Assembly: GCA_030141605.1 (NCBI GenBank)
Contig: JAQGDQ010000455.1
Coordinates: 1-62,296 of the forward strand
Origin: Tubiluchus corallicola
Taxonomy: Eukaryota > Animalia > Priapulida
Direction of reading: 5' to 3'
DNA length: 62,296 nt
This document shows, in pieces, positions 37,001 to 49,000 of this stretch (position 1 is its first letter; every line of letters starts with the position of its first letter). The notes beneath the pieces were generated by a model, which ran no database searches, was not told the origin of the DNA, and saw only the letters and a program-made list of their open reading frames with translations. Both the position numbers and the translations under genes were made by a program.

Positions 37001-40000
37001 TTTCTCACCAATGCATAAATTTATTGTAGCTTGCATGCAGAATTTCGGAGAATATCAAAAATTAGCAAGCTCAAAATTCATAATCTTAAAAATGAAGGAT
37101 AATTATGTTTACATAATTATATACCTCAAAATACATTCATGTTTAAAGTCTAAAATGCAAGCAGCCTAACTTTAATATTCATGTGTTTATTGATGCTACA
37201 TAAACTTGTAAAACATGTAATTCACCTTAGCAGCTGCCAGCGCTTTCTTTTCAGCTTCTTCGCGTGCTTGCCTTTCTGCTGCTTCTTTCTCTTTCCTTTC
37301 TAATTCAATCTGCAATATACAAATAATTGAATTAACTTACTACTATGAATAGTGTGAAGCAGCACAACATGACCTTACTGTAAACTAAATTAGTCTAATT
37401 TAGATTAATTCATTGCATTTTCCAGTTCACAGTGTTGGTAGAAAAACATTATTATTAACTATTTAATATTGCGGGGCTAGTGTAAGTTTTTGTCACTATA
37501 GGCTTTCATGTACAGCGATTTTCCCAATCCACGTTTGTTTCATTTCTGTGTTACAGCAAGTCCCTAAAATTTTGTTTGCTTCCTCCTTGTAATGAATAGA
37601 AGTGTCTCATGCATTGTGTACCAAATTCTAATGGTAACAGAGAAACGCAGGGGATAGTAAATTTGCCTTTCTTACCCAGACAAATGATTGGTTATTACTA
37701 CTTTTATTATTAATTCCTTATTTATTTTATGTGGATAACAATTTATCCAATAATTGAAAACTGTTAGTCATTTCTGAAGTGGTTCACAAAATAAAATAAA
37801 AGCGAATAGCATTACAGAAACATCGTGCACTGCAAGCAATAAAAATACCGAGTCTTAAAATACATTTAGAAATTACACAGTTTAAAAACAAAAATACTTA
37901 AAATATACAAAAATTTATTCAGAATGGACTAGATAAATGAAATGTGCAAAACTACACACAACCTACACATTAGTAAACATCTGCAGTAAAAAATAAAAAA
38001 GAGAAACACATCCTTATATTAGTTTTCAAACCACAGTCAAATTTATTCAATTTTTTTTACAGGAGTTGTCTGGGCTGCATGTCAACCATTCGCTGTATAT
38101 ATCATATAAATCAAATGTTTAACATTCTGCAAAACGTGCAAAATTACATTTAACAAGACTGGCAATAATTGAACAAACCTGAATTCGCCTTTCTTCTTCT
38201 TCTACAAGCCTTCGTTCTTCTTCCAGTCTTCTTTGTTCTTCTTCATGCCGGAGACGTTCCTCCTCGCGCTTCCGCTGCTCCTCTTCCTCGCGTCTACGTC
38301 GCTCTGCCTCAAGGCGGCGCTGCTCCTCTTCACGTCTTTGGGCTTCTTCACGCTGTCTTTGCTCTTCTTCACGTTGCCTCTGCTCTTCTAAACGTCTTTG
38401 TTCCTGTTGTAGTCGTAACTCCTCTTGTCTCTGCAAGTCATCCAATGATCAGGATTGCAAACATTATTAATGAACTTACCAGGCCCTTCATATTTTTTAC
38501 AGATAAGATTATTTTAACTATGTGCATCATAGCCAGTGTATATTGCACAGAAATGTTTCAAGAAATCAAAGACCAAAATGTAAATTTAACCAGCAATAGT
38601 TCAGCACAGACAAGCCAGCAAATTCAAACAATTTCTAAAGAAATATGCAAAGTTTAAGAGTTTAAGAAATTCACTAAACAATGACTCAAACAATTTAGAA
38701 AAACAGATCATTTTTCTACTCAGCACTATCGCTAATAACAGAAACAAATATAAAAGGCACAACAGTTATCTACACTAATTATCACAATAATCAAATTACT
38801 AGTTTAGCAAAGATCCATTTACATTCTGGTCACTACATGAATAATCATTACCTATTTACTTCTAGATTCATAAACACAGAGCTATGAAAATTAATAAATA
38901 ACATCTTAATGAATTACTATGCTTTAAACCTGTGAAATTTCACAAAATAACAAGTAGCTCTTTCATATAGTTACCATAAACCTAAATCAGTAACTTACAA
39001 TTATCCTAAACTACGTATTTAATTTAAACTAGAAATTCAAGTGTTCTAACCTTTCTCTCAATCTCTAGTCTTTCCATTTCCATACGCCGTTCCTCCTCCC
39101 TCTTTTTCTCCTCTTCGTGAGCTAACCTCAGCGCTTCATCGTGTCTTGTTTGCTCCTGCTCTGCAACTTTCTTTCTCTGTAAAGCCTCTTCCTGTAATCG
39201 TAATATTTCCTAGCAAAATGAAAACACAAAATGTGATACTCACAGAATACCAAAAAAGTATATCAAGTTGTATTTTTTATGCACAGAAGCCAAAATTGTG
39301 ATATTTTACACAATTTCCAAATAGACACCAAACTAAGTACTACCAGTTTTGTAGTGTTAATTTACTCATTTCAAGTTGTTTCAAAAATAAAACCAATTTA
39401 GTATAATAATGCATTACCCCTACCCATTAGTCTAACAATAAAAACTATCTCTGATTACCAATGCACATTTTAATGCAACACACACTTACATACAAAAAGT
39501 CAAAAAATCTAAAAATTCATCTTTTCCTTTAAATTGAAAAACCCAATAATGTCCTAATAACAATAGCTACTAACACAAATCTGGCACAGTGCTAGCTAGT
39601 ACTAAGTTCTTAATGCCTATTATTGTTGACAGTTATAGTAAGTCACCGATATATTAATGAACCAGGCCCCACATTGCTAAACTTTGCACCAGAGTGGTCA
39701 CTCAGCTAGTGTTTCCGCCCTATGAATAGTTATGTTGACATTCACATTAATAAACTGCCAAATAAGTTTATATTTACTGCTTGTCTTCGCTCAAATTCAG
39801 CCGAGGCAGCATTAGTTTGGTCCAGATCCCAAATGCTGGTAGGTTCTACTGAGGTAGGCCAAGACGTTGTATGGCTGACCGCTTGTCCAAGTTCCCAGAC
39901 GACCTTATCGGGGGCAGCTGAAGAAGCACTTGTTTGATGACTAGGATCCGCCAACATTGGACTAAAACAGAAGTCATAAATCCCACAATTAATGCAATAT

Positions 40001-43000
40001 ACAAAAAATGTAAAACATATACAGTGCACATACAATAGGAAAGCTGAAACCTCAGTGAAAATCTAGAAAGTAGGAAATCGTGGAAAAGGTGTAAAAATTA
40101 AAACCAAACTTTACTTGCAAACAGTTGAACATCCTTAGCAGAGGACATCATCAAATACAATTAAATAAAATAATAAAATTACTGACATCAAAATAGAATG
40201 ACATGGTAATAATGGCAAATGTAATTTTATAAAATTAAACGTGATTATAATAACAATAAAGTTTAATGTTTATGCATAAATTTCCTTTTGGGCAGTTTCT
40301 TTCATCAAGCGATTAGTTAAATAAGGCCGACTTGAAAATAATAAAACGGTATTACCTATTTGTAGAATTTGGAAGCACTCTAGCCTGGTTTCGTGCAAGG
40401 AAGGTTTGGAGAGTTGCCATCTGCTCTTGAGGTGGAAGCTGAGCGAAATATGGCTGCTGCTTTAAGTGAGCAATTAACTGAGCCATGTGCGCTTGTTGCC
40501 TGGAAAACAACATTAATCATTAGATCCAAATTTCAGATTTATTTGTTCTGTTCATGTCAAATGTGGGGGTGACATACAATTGTAAAAATGTCAACATAAA
40601 TGACTAATGCTATACTACAACCAGAAAAAGAAATGTTAACAGATGCAAATGAACCCTATTAAAAGCTAAAAATGCACAATGAAAAAAACCACTGATGATA
40701 GTAAATTTCTTCTACACAACAGGCATCAGAATGATAACGGCATGTTGCAGCCTGTATAACGTTAATAATAAGGCTATTAAATACAAACAAAGTTTTCAAG
40801 AAAACCACTTGAATAATTGCCTTGTTCACGTTTTGCTATAGCATTTTTCACGTATTTTGGCACAAAACAAGCCAAAATTCAGCAACGACTGTCAGTACTT
40901 AGTGTACTAAGTTCATTATTAAGGTTAACAGTTTCAAATAAAACACTGGGTTCACAAAAATTTCTTAGCCACCCTCCACAAGAGAGACAGCTGGAGGCAG
41001 ATACTTGCTCCGAGCAGCTTTATTCACATATTATCTGATCCTAGCATATTACGGTAAACAGGGAGGACCTACGTACATCTGAACTTTGTATGACACATCT
41101 GTAGGTTTGGTAACTTGTCTTAGAAGGTTATCTTTGACAAAATGCCAGGTTCTGCATCACATTGCTTAAGTACACTCTGCTAGTGAGTATGCTTACCCTT
41201 GTATGTTTATTAAATAACTGTGATACATAAAATACTGAGTGCAGGAAATGTACTGACCGCATAAAATCTTGTTGCCGAGCATGCAAAACTTGTGCTTGCA
41301 ATAACTGCTGCTGTATTAACTGCTGATGTGCTGCAGTCTTCACTGGATCTCCACGTTCTGTGAGTTCAGGATTAGGGCCAGAAACAAGGGTATCATTCTG
41401 CAATAAGCAGATAAATATGAAATTTAATATTAATATTCAACCAAACCAACCAAAACCAACAAAAACTAACCACTGAAGAAATTCAGGACTCGAAAGAATG
41501 CCAATAGGGAGGGATGAAGCTAAATTTTCCAAAACCAAATTGAATCTGAAGCTCATTTTTGTTTCATATCCAAAACCAAATCGAATCTGAATGTCACAAT
41601 TTTTCTGTTTCCGAAACTCAACCCAAATGTTTAATTCGCTTTTAATTTTCACTTAGGTTTTCAGCTTAGGATCAGTGCAGTGTTATAATGGACATTATAA
41701 GTTTTGTTGAAACATAATGGTCTTGCTAAACATAGTAAAGTTTCTTAATTCAGATTTTCTTTTGCTTTAGTTCATGGTCAGCTTGCTTGGATCTTTATTT
41801 ATCGCATCTAGAAAATAATGCTATTACTCAGCAGAATGTGTATGGTATTATGCACAAAGAATTCAGAGAATTTTTGTTATACTTTATGACTGTAACATCT
41901 TATTTTAAACTAAATTAATAAAATTAGAAAGTAAAAGAGAAATTAAACACAATGCTTGCTAAAATATTGTCTGTGTTTAGAAGCACAATGCGCGAAATCT
42001 TCTGTAAGTTGCGACCCTACTAGCATCAGTGGGGCATCAATTTAACAAATTTATGCAGTACATAATTTTTACAGAACATTGTGATCACATTAAAGATTTC
42101 AAGATGACAAAGCGCACATCGCAAAATTTAACTTTTAATAGAGATTAAACCGGTAAGAAAAGAAATTACGCAAATTTTATAGCACTAGTTGGCAGCGACG
42201 TGCTCCTTAAGCACTCCTTAATGCGAAGCAGTTAGAGTAAAACTGGGTATAATCTGAATCGAAACTCTGCTTCAGAATCTGAAGTTCCGGAGCAACGAGG
42301 CTTCATCCCATCCCTAAACACCACACAATATTACACTTACAAAAGACAACAGTATAACAAAATTCGATCCCTAGAGTGAATACAGTTAAGTTTTCTAATA
42401 TCCTCAAGATATAAAAAAACCTAAGAACTTACTGATGTGGAAATAGGAGGTGGGTTTGAATCATCAATGAAAGGCACTCGTCCCCATCTTTTAATTAGTT
42501 CACCTAATAAAAAATTTTCATTTATCCTTCAACATGTTCATAATATTGGTGTACTACGTAAAATTTTATCAAAGTAAGTTGAAAAAACCAAAAAGGCTTC
42601 AAGATGATTTGGTTAGAAGGTTTTAGAACTTTCTGCTGGCTTTCGATTTACCAAATTTAAGCTCTTGACAAATTATACCTATAATTTAATGCTTTATTAA
42701 GATGAAGATTTTCATAAAACTATGACAAATGTAATTTGTCTGAATTCAAAATGTCTCACTCTCTGAATAACAAAGTTTACTGTTATTTTCCATCAAGGCA
42801 GAATGCTACCATAACAATCTTCAGAAACAACCAGGTATCCAAAACATGCTTAAGTTGTGTGTGCAACTGTAAGTGAAGGTGTGTGAAAACTTAATGACAA
42901 ATTGCTACCTATGTAATACTAAAAATGCCAAGATAAAATAAATGTAATAAAAGCAAATGATAAAATGGCCAACTTTTGCAGCTCACTAACAGAAGCACTG

Positions 43001-46000
43001 TTAATATTAAATAGTTTATATCATTGTACTAGCAATTTTATGCAAAATTTTGTAAATTATGTGACAGTTAGAATTTCTTTACTAGAGCAATTCTGGATGT
43101 TAAGTTTCCTTCGGAAATTTCTGGATTCAGTAGAAGTGGAGCAGAGTCGAAGAATAATCCAAAATCGGGAAAATTTCTAGATTGCTAACAACTTTATAGT
43201 TACCACACTAAAGTGCTTTCACGAAACCTTTTTATCTAAAGTGTAACTGACATCAAATTAATTATTTGCAAGAACATTTTAATTATTTGCCAAATATATG
43301 CCATCAATTCAAAAAATTTAGAAATTACAAACTAAATCAGTATTACACGCTCAACACAGCTTAGACATAACCAGTAGAAATCTTTGTGATCTAAATTCAA
43401 ATTTTACCTTTATTTCGGATTGCAGTGATCATAATTTTGTTGACTGCAGTAATTACAATGTAAAATTATTTCACTTTATAGTTTCTGAGGTTACCAAATA
43501 TTTGGCAAAGGATTTACATCCTGAATACAAACCACCACCTCTTAATGAGATTCAACTTTCTAAACAAAATAAATACATTAGGTAGCAATTATTTATTGTT
43601 TTGAAGTAGCAATGTACAACACTAGAAAAGTTACATACCACAGGTTACATTGTAACATTTTTACACCTTACCTAATGTTAAAAATACAGAATCACAGCCT
43701 CGTTTTATATTTAATGTCATAGTAAAAAACCCTGCAGTAAACCAGTCCCTCATCTCTTTTGATGTAAATGGACCTGCAAATACATGGTAAAGATCATTTT
43801 CATGACAAACACAGGCATGTCTACATTACACAACAACAAGAAATTGAGGACACAAAAGAACATTAAATCTTACAAAACCAACCTTGTATTTCACCCTGTG
43901 GATCCCTGTAGAACCACTTGTGGGCATCAGGATGAGAAAGAGGAAGGGCTTCAATACTAACAGTATTCGTTGTCAGCTGCTTAAACTCCTCCTACATAAA
44001 CAGGTAATTTAAGTCAAAACAAAAACAAAACAATAATAAAATAAACTATATAGTTTCGACATGTATCCGTGACAAATGATATTACACTCGTGTGAATTTT
44101 TGAAAAAGCTACCTCACCTTTACAAAAGAAAATAAACAGAATTGATCTGGTATGTTTTGCTTTGTAGTTTAAAAACAAAAACATTTCCCTGGGACATCTC
44201 GGAAAGACAATCGAGATCACATATGCAAAGTAGAATCAATACACTTAATCCTTAATCTATTTCAATACTTTTCAGTTTCTTTTTATGTGAGGAATAATTG
44301 CAACAAGAAAAACATATAAAAATAGATGCGAAAATGCACGTTTTAAAAACTGTAATGGGAGGTGTTTATAAACAAAAATTATACTAATACTTCGGCGATC
44401 CTAGAAAAGGTCAGAATCAAGGTAAAATTCTCTTTTTAAGGAAGATGAAATGCTTGTAGGGAGGCTCAACTTCAGTTTATATTAACATACCCTCTTTCCT
44501 TACAGTTCTTTTCACTTATAGACCTGTCCTATTAAACATATGCATAAACATACTCACAGTCTAATATTTCTGAAGCGCTGGCTCAAAATATGACTAGTCA
44601 GCACATTTACGAATGTGCGCTAATCAGCACTTAAAATATTATTTTTAACTTCTCAAACAAGCATAAGAATTTATCGCTTTAAGAGCAAGAATACCTCAGC
44701 AGTCCAAGTTTCCACCAAGTTTTCCGTGGCTGATTTGATGTGATCCAACATATCCTCTTCACGAGCTGACAAAACATTTTGCACTGGATCTGGAGCACTG
44801 ACACACTGTACCTGATTCACTTTATCACAAGTAGCAGCAGACGTATCTACCTGTCCTCTTGGAGCAGAACACTCAACAGTTTCTTCAACACTAACACTTT
44901 GGCTCATAGTTTTCTCAATATTTACAGTATGCGAGTCCCTTAAAGTGTCATCATTCATTTCACTAGACAAGGCATTTTCAACAGATTTTAAGCGACTTGG
45001 TCTACCAGTGTTGTTTGATATGTCTTCAGTACGTTTAACGCCATCAGAAGATGATCGACTATGTCGAGTGTTTTCTGACGTTCGCTTAGAATCTTTGACA
45101 GTGTCTTTGGCTTCTGTACTAGAATCATTCGTCTTTATGTCTACCATCTTACTAGACTCAACACTTTTTTTAGCACCAAGTGAATTATCACTTTTCTTAT
45201 GTTGGTCTTTGACTTTAATTGAGGAATCACTCTCCTTATTATCACTGGACTTCTAAACAAAAGGTGAACAAGAATTCCATGAATAACCATAAATAAAGGT
45301 ATAACTTTGCCCAGTTTTTGTAAAAAAAATAGATTGGGCAAAACTGGTTACAACATTTATAAACATAATTCTATGGACCTCGACTTAAACTACTTTTTTG
45401 TTACTTGTTACTAAGATGTGAGAGCATGCATTTTAACAAACCCGCATCTTTTTCAGCAGCACTAGTTGATATTAATGCTATACAAAAAAGTATTTCGTGC
45501 AATACCTGATGATAAGACAGCTTTTATCAGAAAAATTTAAGATGCAGCGTATACTTGCCCAGGGCTTCAGAACAAAGCAATTATAAAAACTTCGTTGTAG
45601 ATGTGGCAGCAACCACGACTTCTTGGGATTAAGTTTACATCAGCTGTAAATGCAACAGTTCAAATTTTTTTACCTTTGAACTAAGGAAAGCCCCACTAGA
45701 ATCAAAAGTTCCCACATCGTCATCAACATCAGCTGTACTCCACTCTGGAATTTCCTCTACATAAGTAAAAACATGCTATTTAAGACTGGAATAATAGTTT
45801 TTGGTGTCTGGCATATGTGCGTTATCTAGTGCTTCATCACAGACTACAATACGTAAATGCAAGAAATTCACTAAAGTATAATTTCGGCTTTCACAACTAA
45901 TTGTGAACTAATTGCTACAAATAACTTCAACAATGAACGCAACAAGTTGAAATCAACAAGCAGGAAATTTCAAAAGTAGCAAGTTCATCTCACCTGAACT

Positions 46001-49000
46001 AATACTAGCTGAATAACCGAACGACAGTTTGTACTTCTACTGTCTAACAGCGCATTCAGAATAGTTATCGAAATTTCTTGCCATCAACAACTCGCGCCAG
46101 AAAACTCGCTAGTTTGAACTCATCATAAGTAATGTGATAATACAATCACTGCAAACACCATCTTTACTTACGATTGTTATTTTGACCACCATTATTCCAC
46201 TGGTTGTCTCCAGATCGTGGCGCTGAGTAATGCCTCGTTCTGAGCGGCTCACGGTCGCGTTCTCTCAAAGGTCCGCGATCACGCCAAGCGGGTTGACGCC
46301 CTGAAATGGTAATCAGTACATAAAAAGCAAAGATGATTTTCTGACCATTGGTCTGCATAAACAACAGACTCACAACTAAACACAGCCATTTGGGACCTGG
46401 TGTGGCAGACCTGCATTCATGAAAAGAGGACATGACTGAAGTTATTATATTAAAAAGGGTATACATGGGCATAAATTGTTAGATGAATGGTTCAACAGAG
46501 TCATAATATGCTTTGCCACCACTCACATTGACACTAATACCGAGCACATAATATCCTATTTGTTCTGAAAAACTTACCGTATTTGTCCTGAGACCGATGA
46601 TGATTGCTCGCAGTTCGCCAGCCTCCTCCATCTTCTTCGTCATCTCGATCAAAATCACTACGCCTCCAATTACCCGTACTCATCGATCGTGAATATTCCG
46701 TTCTACGTAGCCGAGGTTCTTCATCACGGTCCAATGTATGGTCATCAAAACTTCCTCTTGCTAATATAGAAATGCACAACAATAAATGCTTTTATAGACA
46801 GCAAGTTCTTTAGTTATCAAGGTAATTAGACAGAATTAAACAACAAGAGCACACAAATGTAAATAAAGGCATAATAATGTGCTCGCAGCTAACATCAACT
46901 ATGAGTTGTAGCTGTCATTTCAAAGAGAAATTAGATTAAACTCAAACCTAGCACACGCCAGCGACAATGTCATTGACATGGCGTTATTCTCGTAATAACA
47001 TGAGTGAAAATTTTTTGTGATTTGACCGTTAGGTGCTTCTTAGACAACCAGATTAATTTAAAGTACTCTGTAATCACTGCAATTTGATGTAAGCAGGGCA
47101 TTGTTAGCTAGCTAAGCAGGGCATCGCTAGCTGAGTAAGGTTTCATTAATAAAGAGACATAGTAAACATGGAAAACTTGGTACAGATGACTTCTGGTTGT
47201 CCTAGGGTATTTTTAGCAGAATTTTCAGGAGAACCAGTGTTAAATTTAAGTCCAGATATGCAATGACAACATGCTAGTGGCAGAAAACTGTTACTCCACA
47301 TTCTCCAAGTCCAATATTTTTTTCTGTCAACAAAAATATGACAAAAATCGAACAAAATTTAAATAATTTTAAAACAACAAACACAAAACTATAATCTGGC
47401 AACAGACACTTACGAGGAAAAGGGCGACCAAAGCCACCTCGATCTGCTTTGTCGTCTAAACTGTGAACCCTGTCAGACAATCGTGTTCGAGTGAATCCAC
47501 CGTCATCTTCGTATGATGGTCCACCCCACCAGCCATCTGCTCTACCACGACCTACAAATGCAAAAACTATGCAAGAAACATAAAACACTCATGATCAGCA
47601 TAGTGAGAATAGACAACATGAATAATTTGCACTAGCTAAAATGTAGTGATGCATTGAATGGCTAATTTTCTCGAGTAGCAGAAAGAGATAGCATGACAAC
47701 AAGCCATACCCAGACTAGCAGAACATCTAAGAAAAATGCTAAAAACATCACATTGCATGCAGTGTATGTCTAAGTTAAAACTACTTGCCTTAACAATTAA
47801 ATTTCATAACAACTAAACAACCTTAAGCAGAGTAGAAGCATTTGCTCAATAAATATTTTTTGCAAACTCCTTTTTGTAATAAAAGAATATACAAGTGTCA
47901 AACAATGAAACTTTCACGAAATCTAAAGCTACGTGCAAGAAGATTTAGCTCAAGCCTCAGTTTCACGTTTTTAAAAATAAGTATTAATAATTGATTTGAC
48001 AAATTATTTTTACTACTGCTGCATGTTGACTGACATACAGAAAATATTTTAGCTTTTTCAAGTCTCATTTATTCTTCGACTCAGCTGTGAAGTAATAAAT
48101 ATAAGTACTTTTTATCTGTATTTAAGACCTGGTAATTTAACTAAGAATTATTTTTACGATCTGGACATTTTACTGAACTTGATGTTGGGCACCACAAGTA
48201 AACAATAGCAGTAAGGGTGCGTAAAAAATTAGTATAATGTTCGATTACATACCTCTACCCCGTCCTCTGTCAACTTGCCCACCACGAGGAACCCCTCTCG
48301 ATCCTGTATTACCGCCCCTGCCCATGAGTCGTAACACCTGTGAACTATTTACTGTATGTGATGCAGTAGCCTACCAAAAGAAAATCAAAATGATAGAGAC
48401 TAGGTCAAGAAATTAAAAAAGCAAAATGTACAAGGGAGACAATGAGACCTAAAAAAATTAGGCTTTCTCACTAAATAGCATTTTTTGATACTCATATCAC
48501 AACTATAAATTCTAAAGCAAAATAAAGCTACATTTAGAAGCTACGCATGGATTTCTCTAACGATACGCGAAAGTGCAGACACTTTTTAAGTGTTTGTATA
48601 TATATATATATATATATATTTGGAAATGTGTCAAACTTGCAAATTTTATACCATTTTGTAGATCTTTTCCAGCTCTACAAAACCCGCTAAAGTTTTATTT
48701 ATAACAATAATTGTTAGCTGTGTACAGAAATGACCTGTAGTCTAAATTATAGGCAAAAATTCAAATTTGCAAAAACTAGTCCATACTAAACAAAATACAC
48801 AGCACACAACTTTGCAGTTTCAGCGAATTTCTCTGCTGCATCGAAACTACTAATACAGAACGTATTTGGAAGAAACAAAACAGCACTATGCAGAATATTG
48901 CTGCCAGCTATGTTTCCTAGAGAAATACCTTTTTTGGGCATATTGCAAAAAATTACACTACACTCCCTACTTGTATTCTTGAAACATGGGAGATTCTTCT

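Noticed and set aside
38169-38657. 162-aa plus-strand ORF (also 44945..45256, 24841..25068, 4545..4835)
   Set aside because: Antisense shadows of real exons.
45506-45535. CTGATGA...GAAA motif
   Set aside because: The hairpin uses the core bases themselves, so no valid stem II forms.
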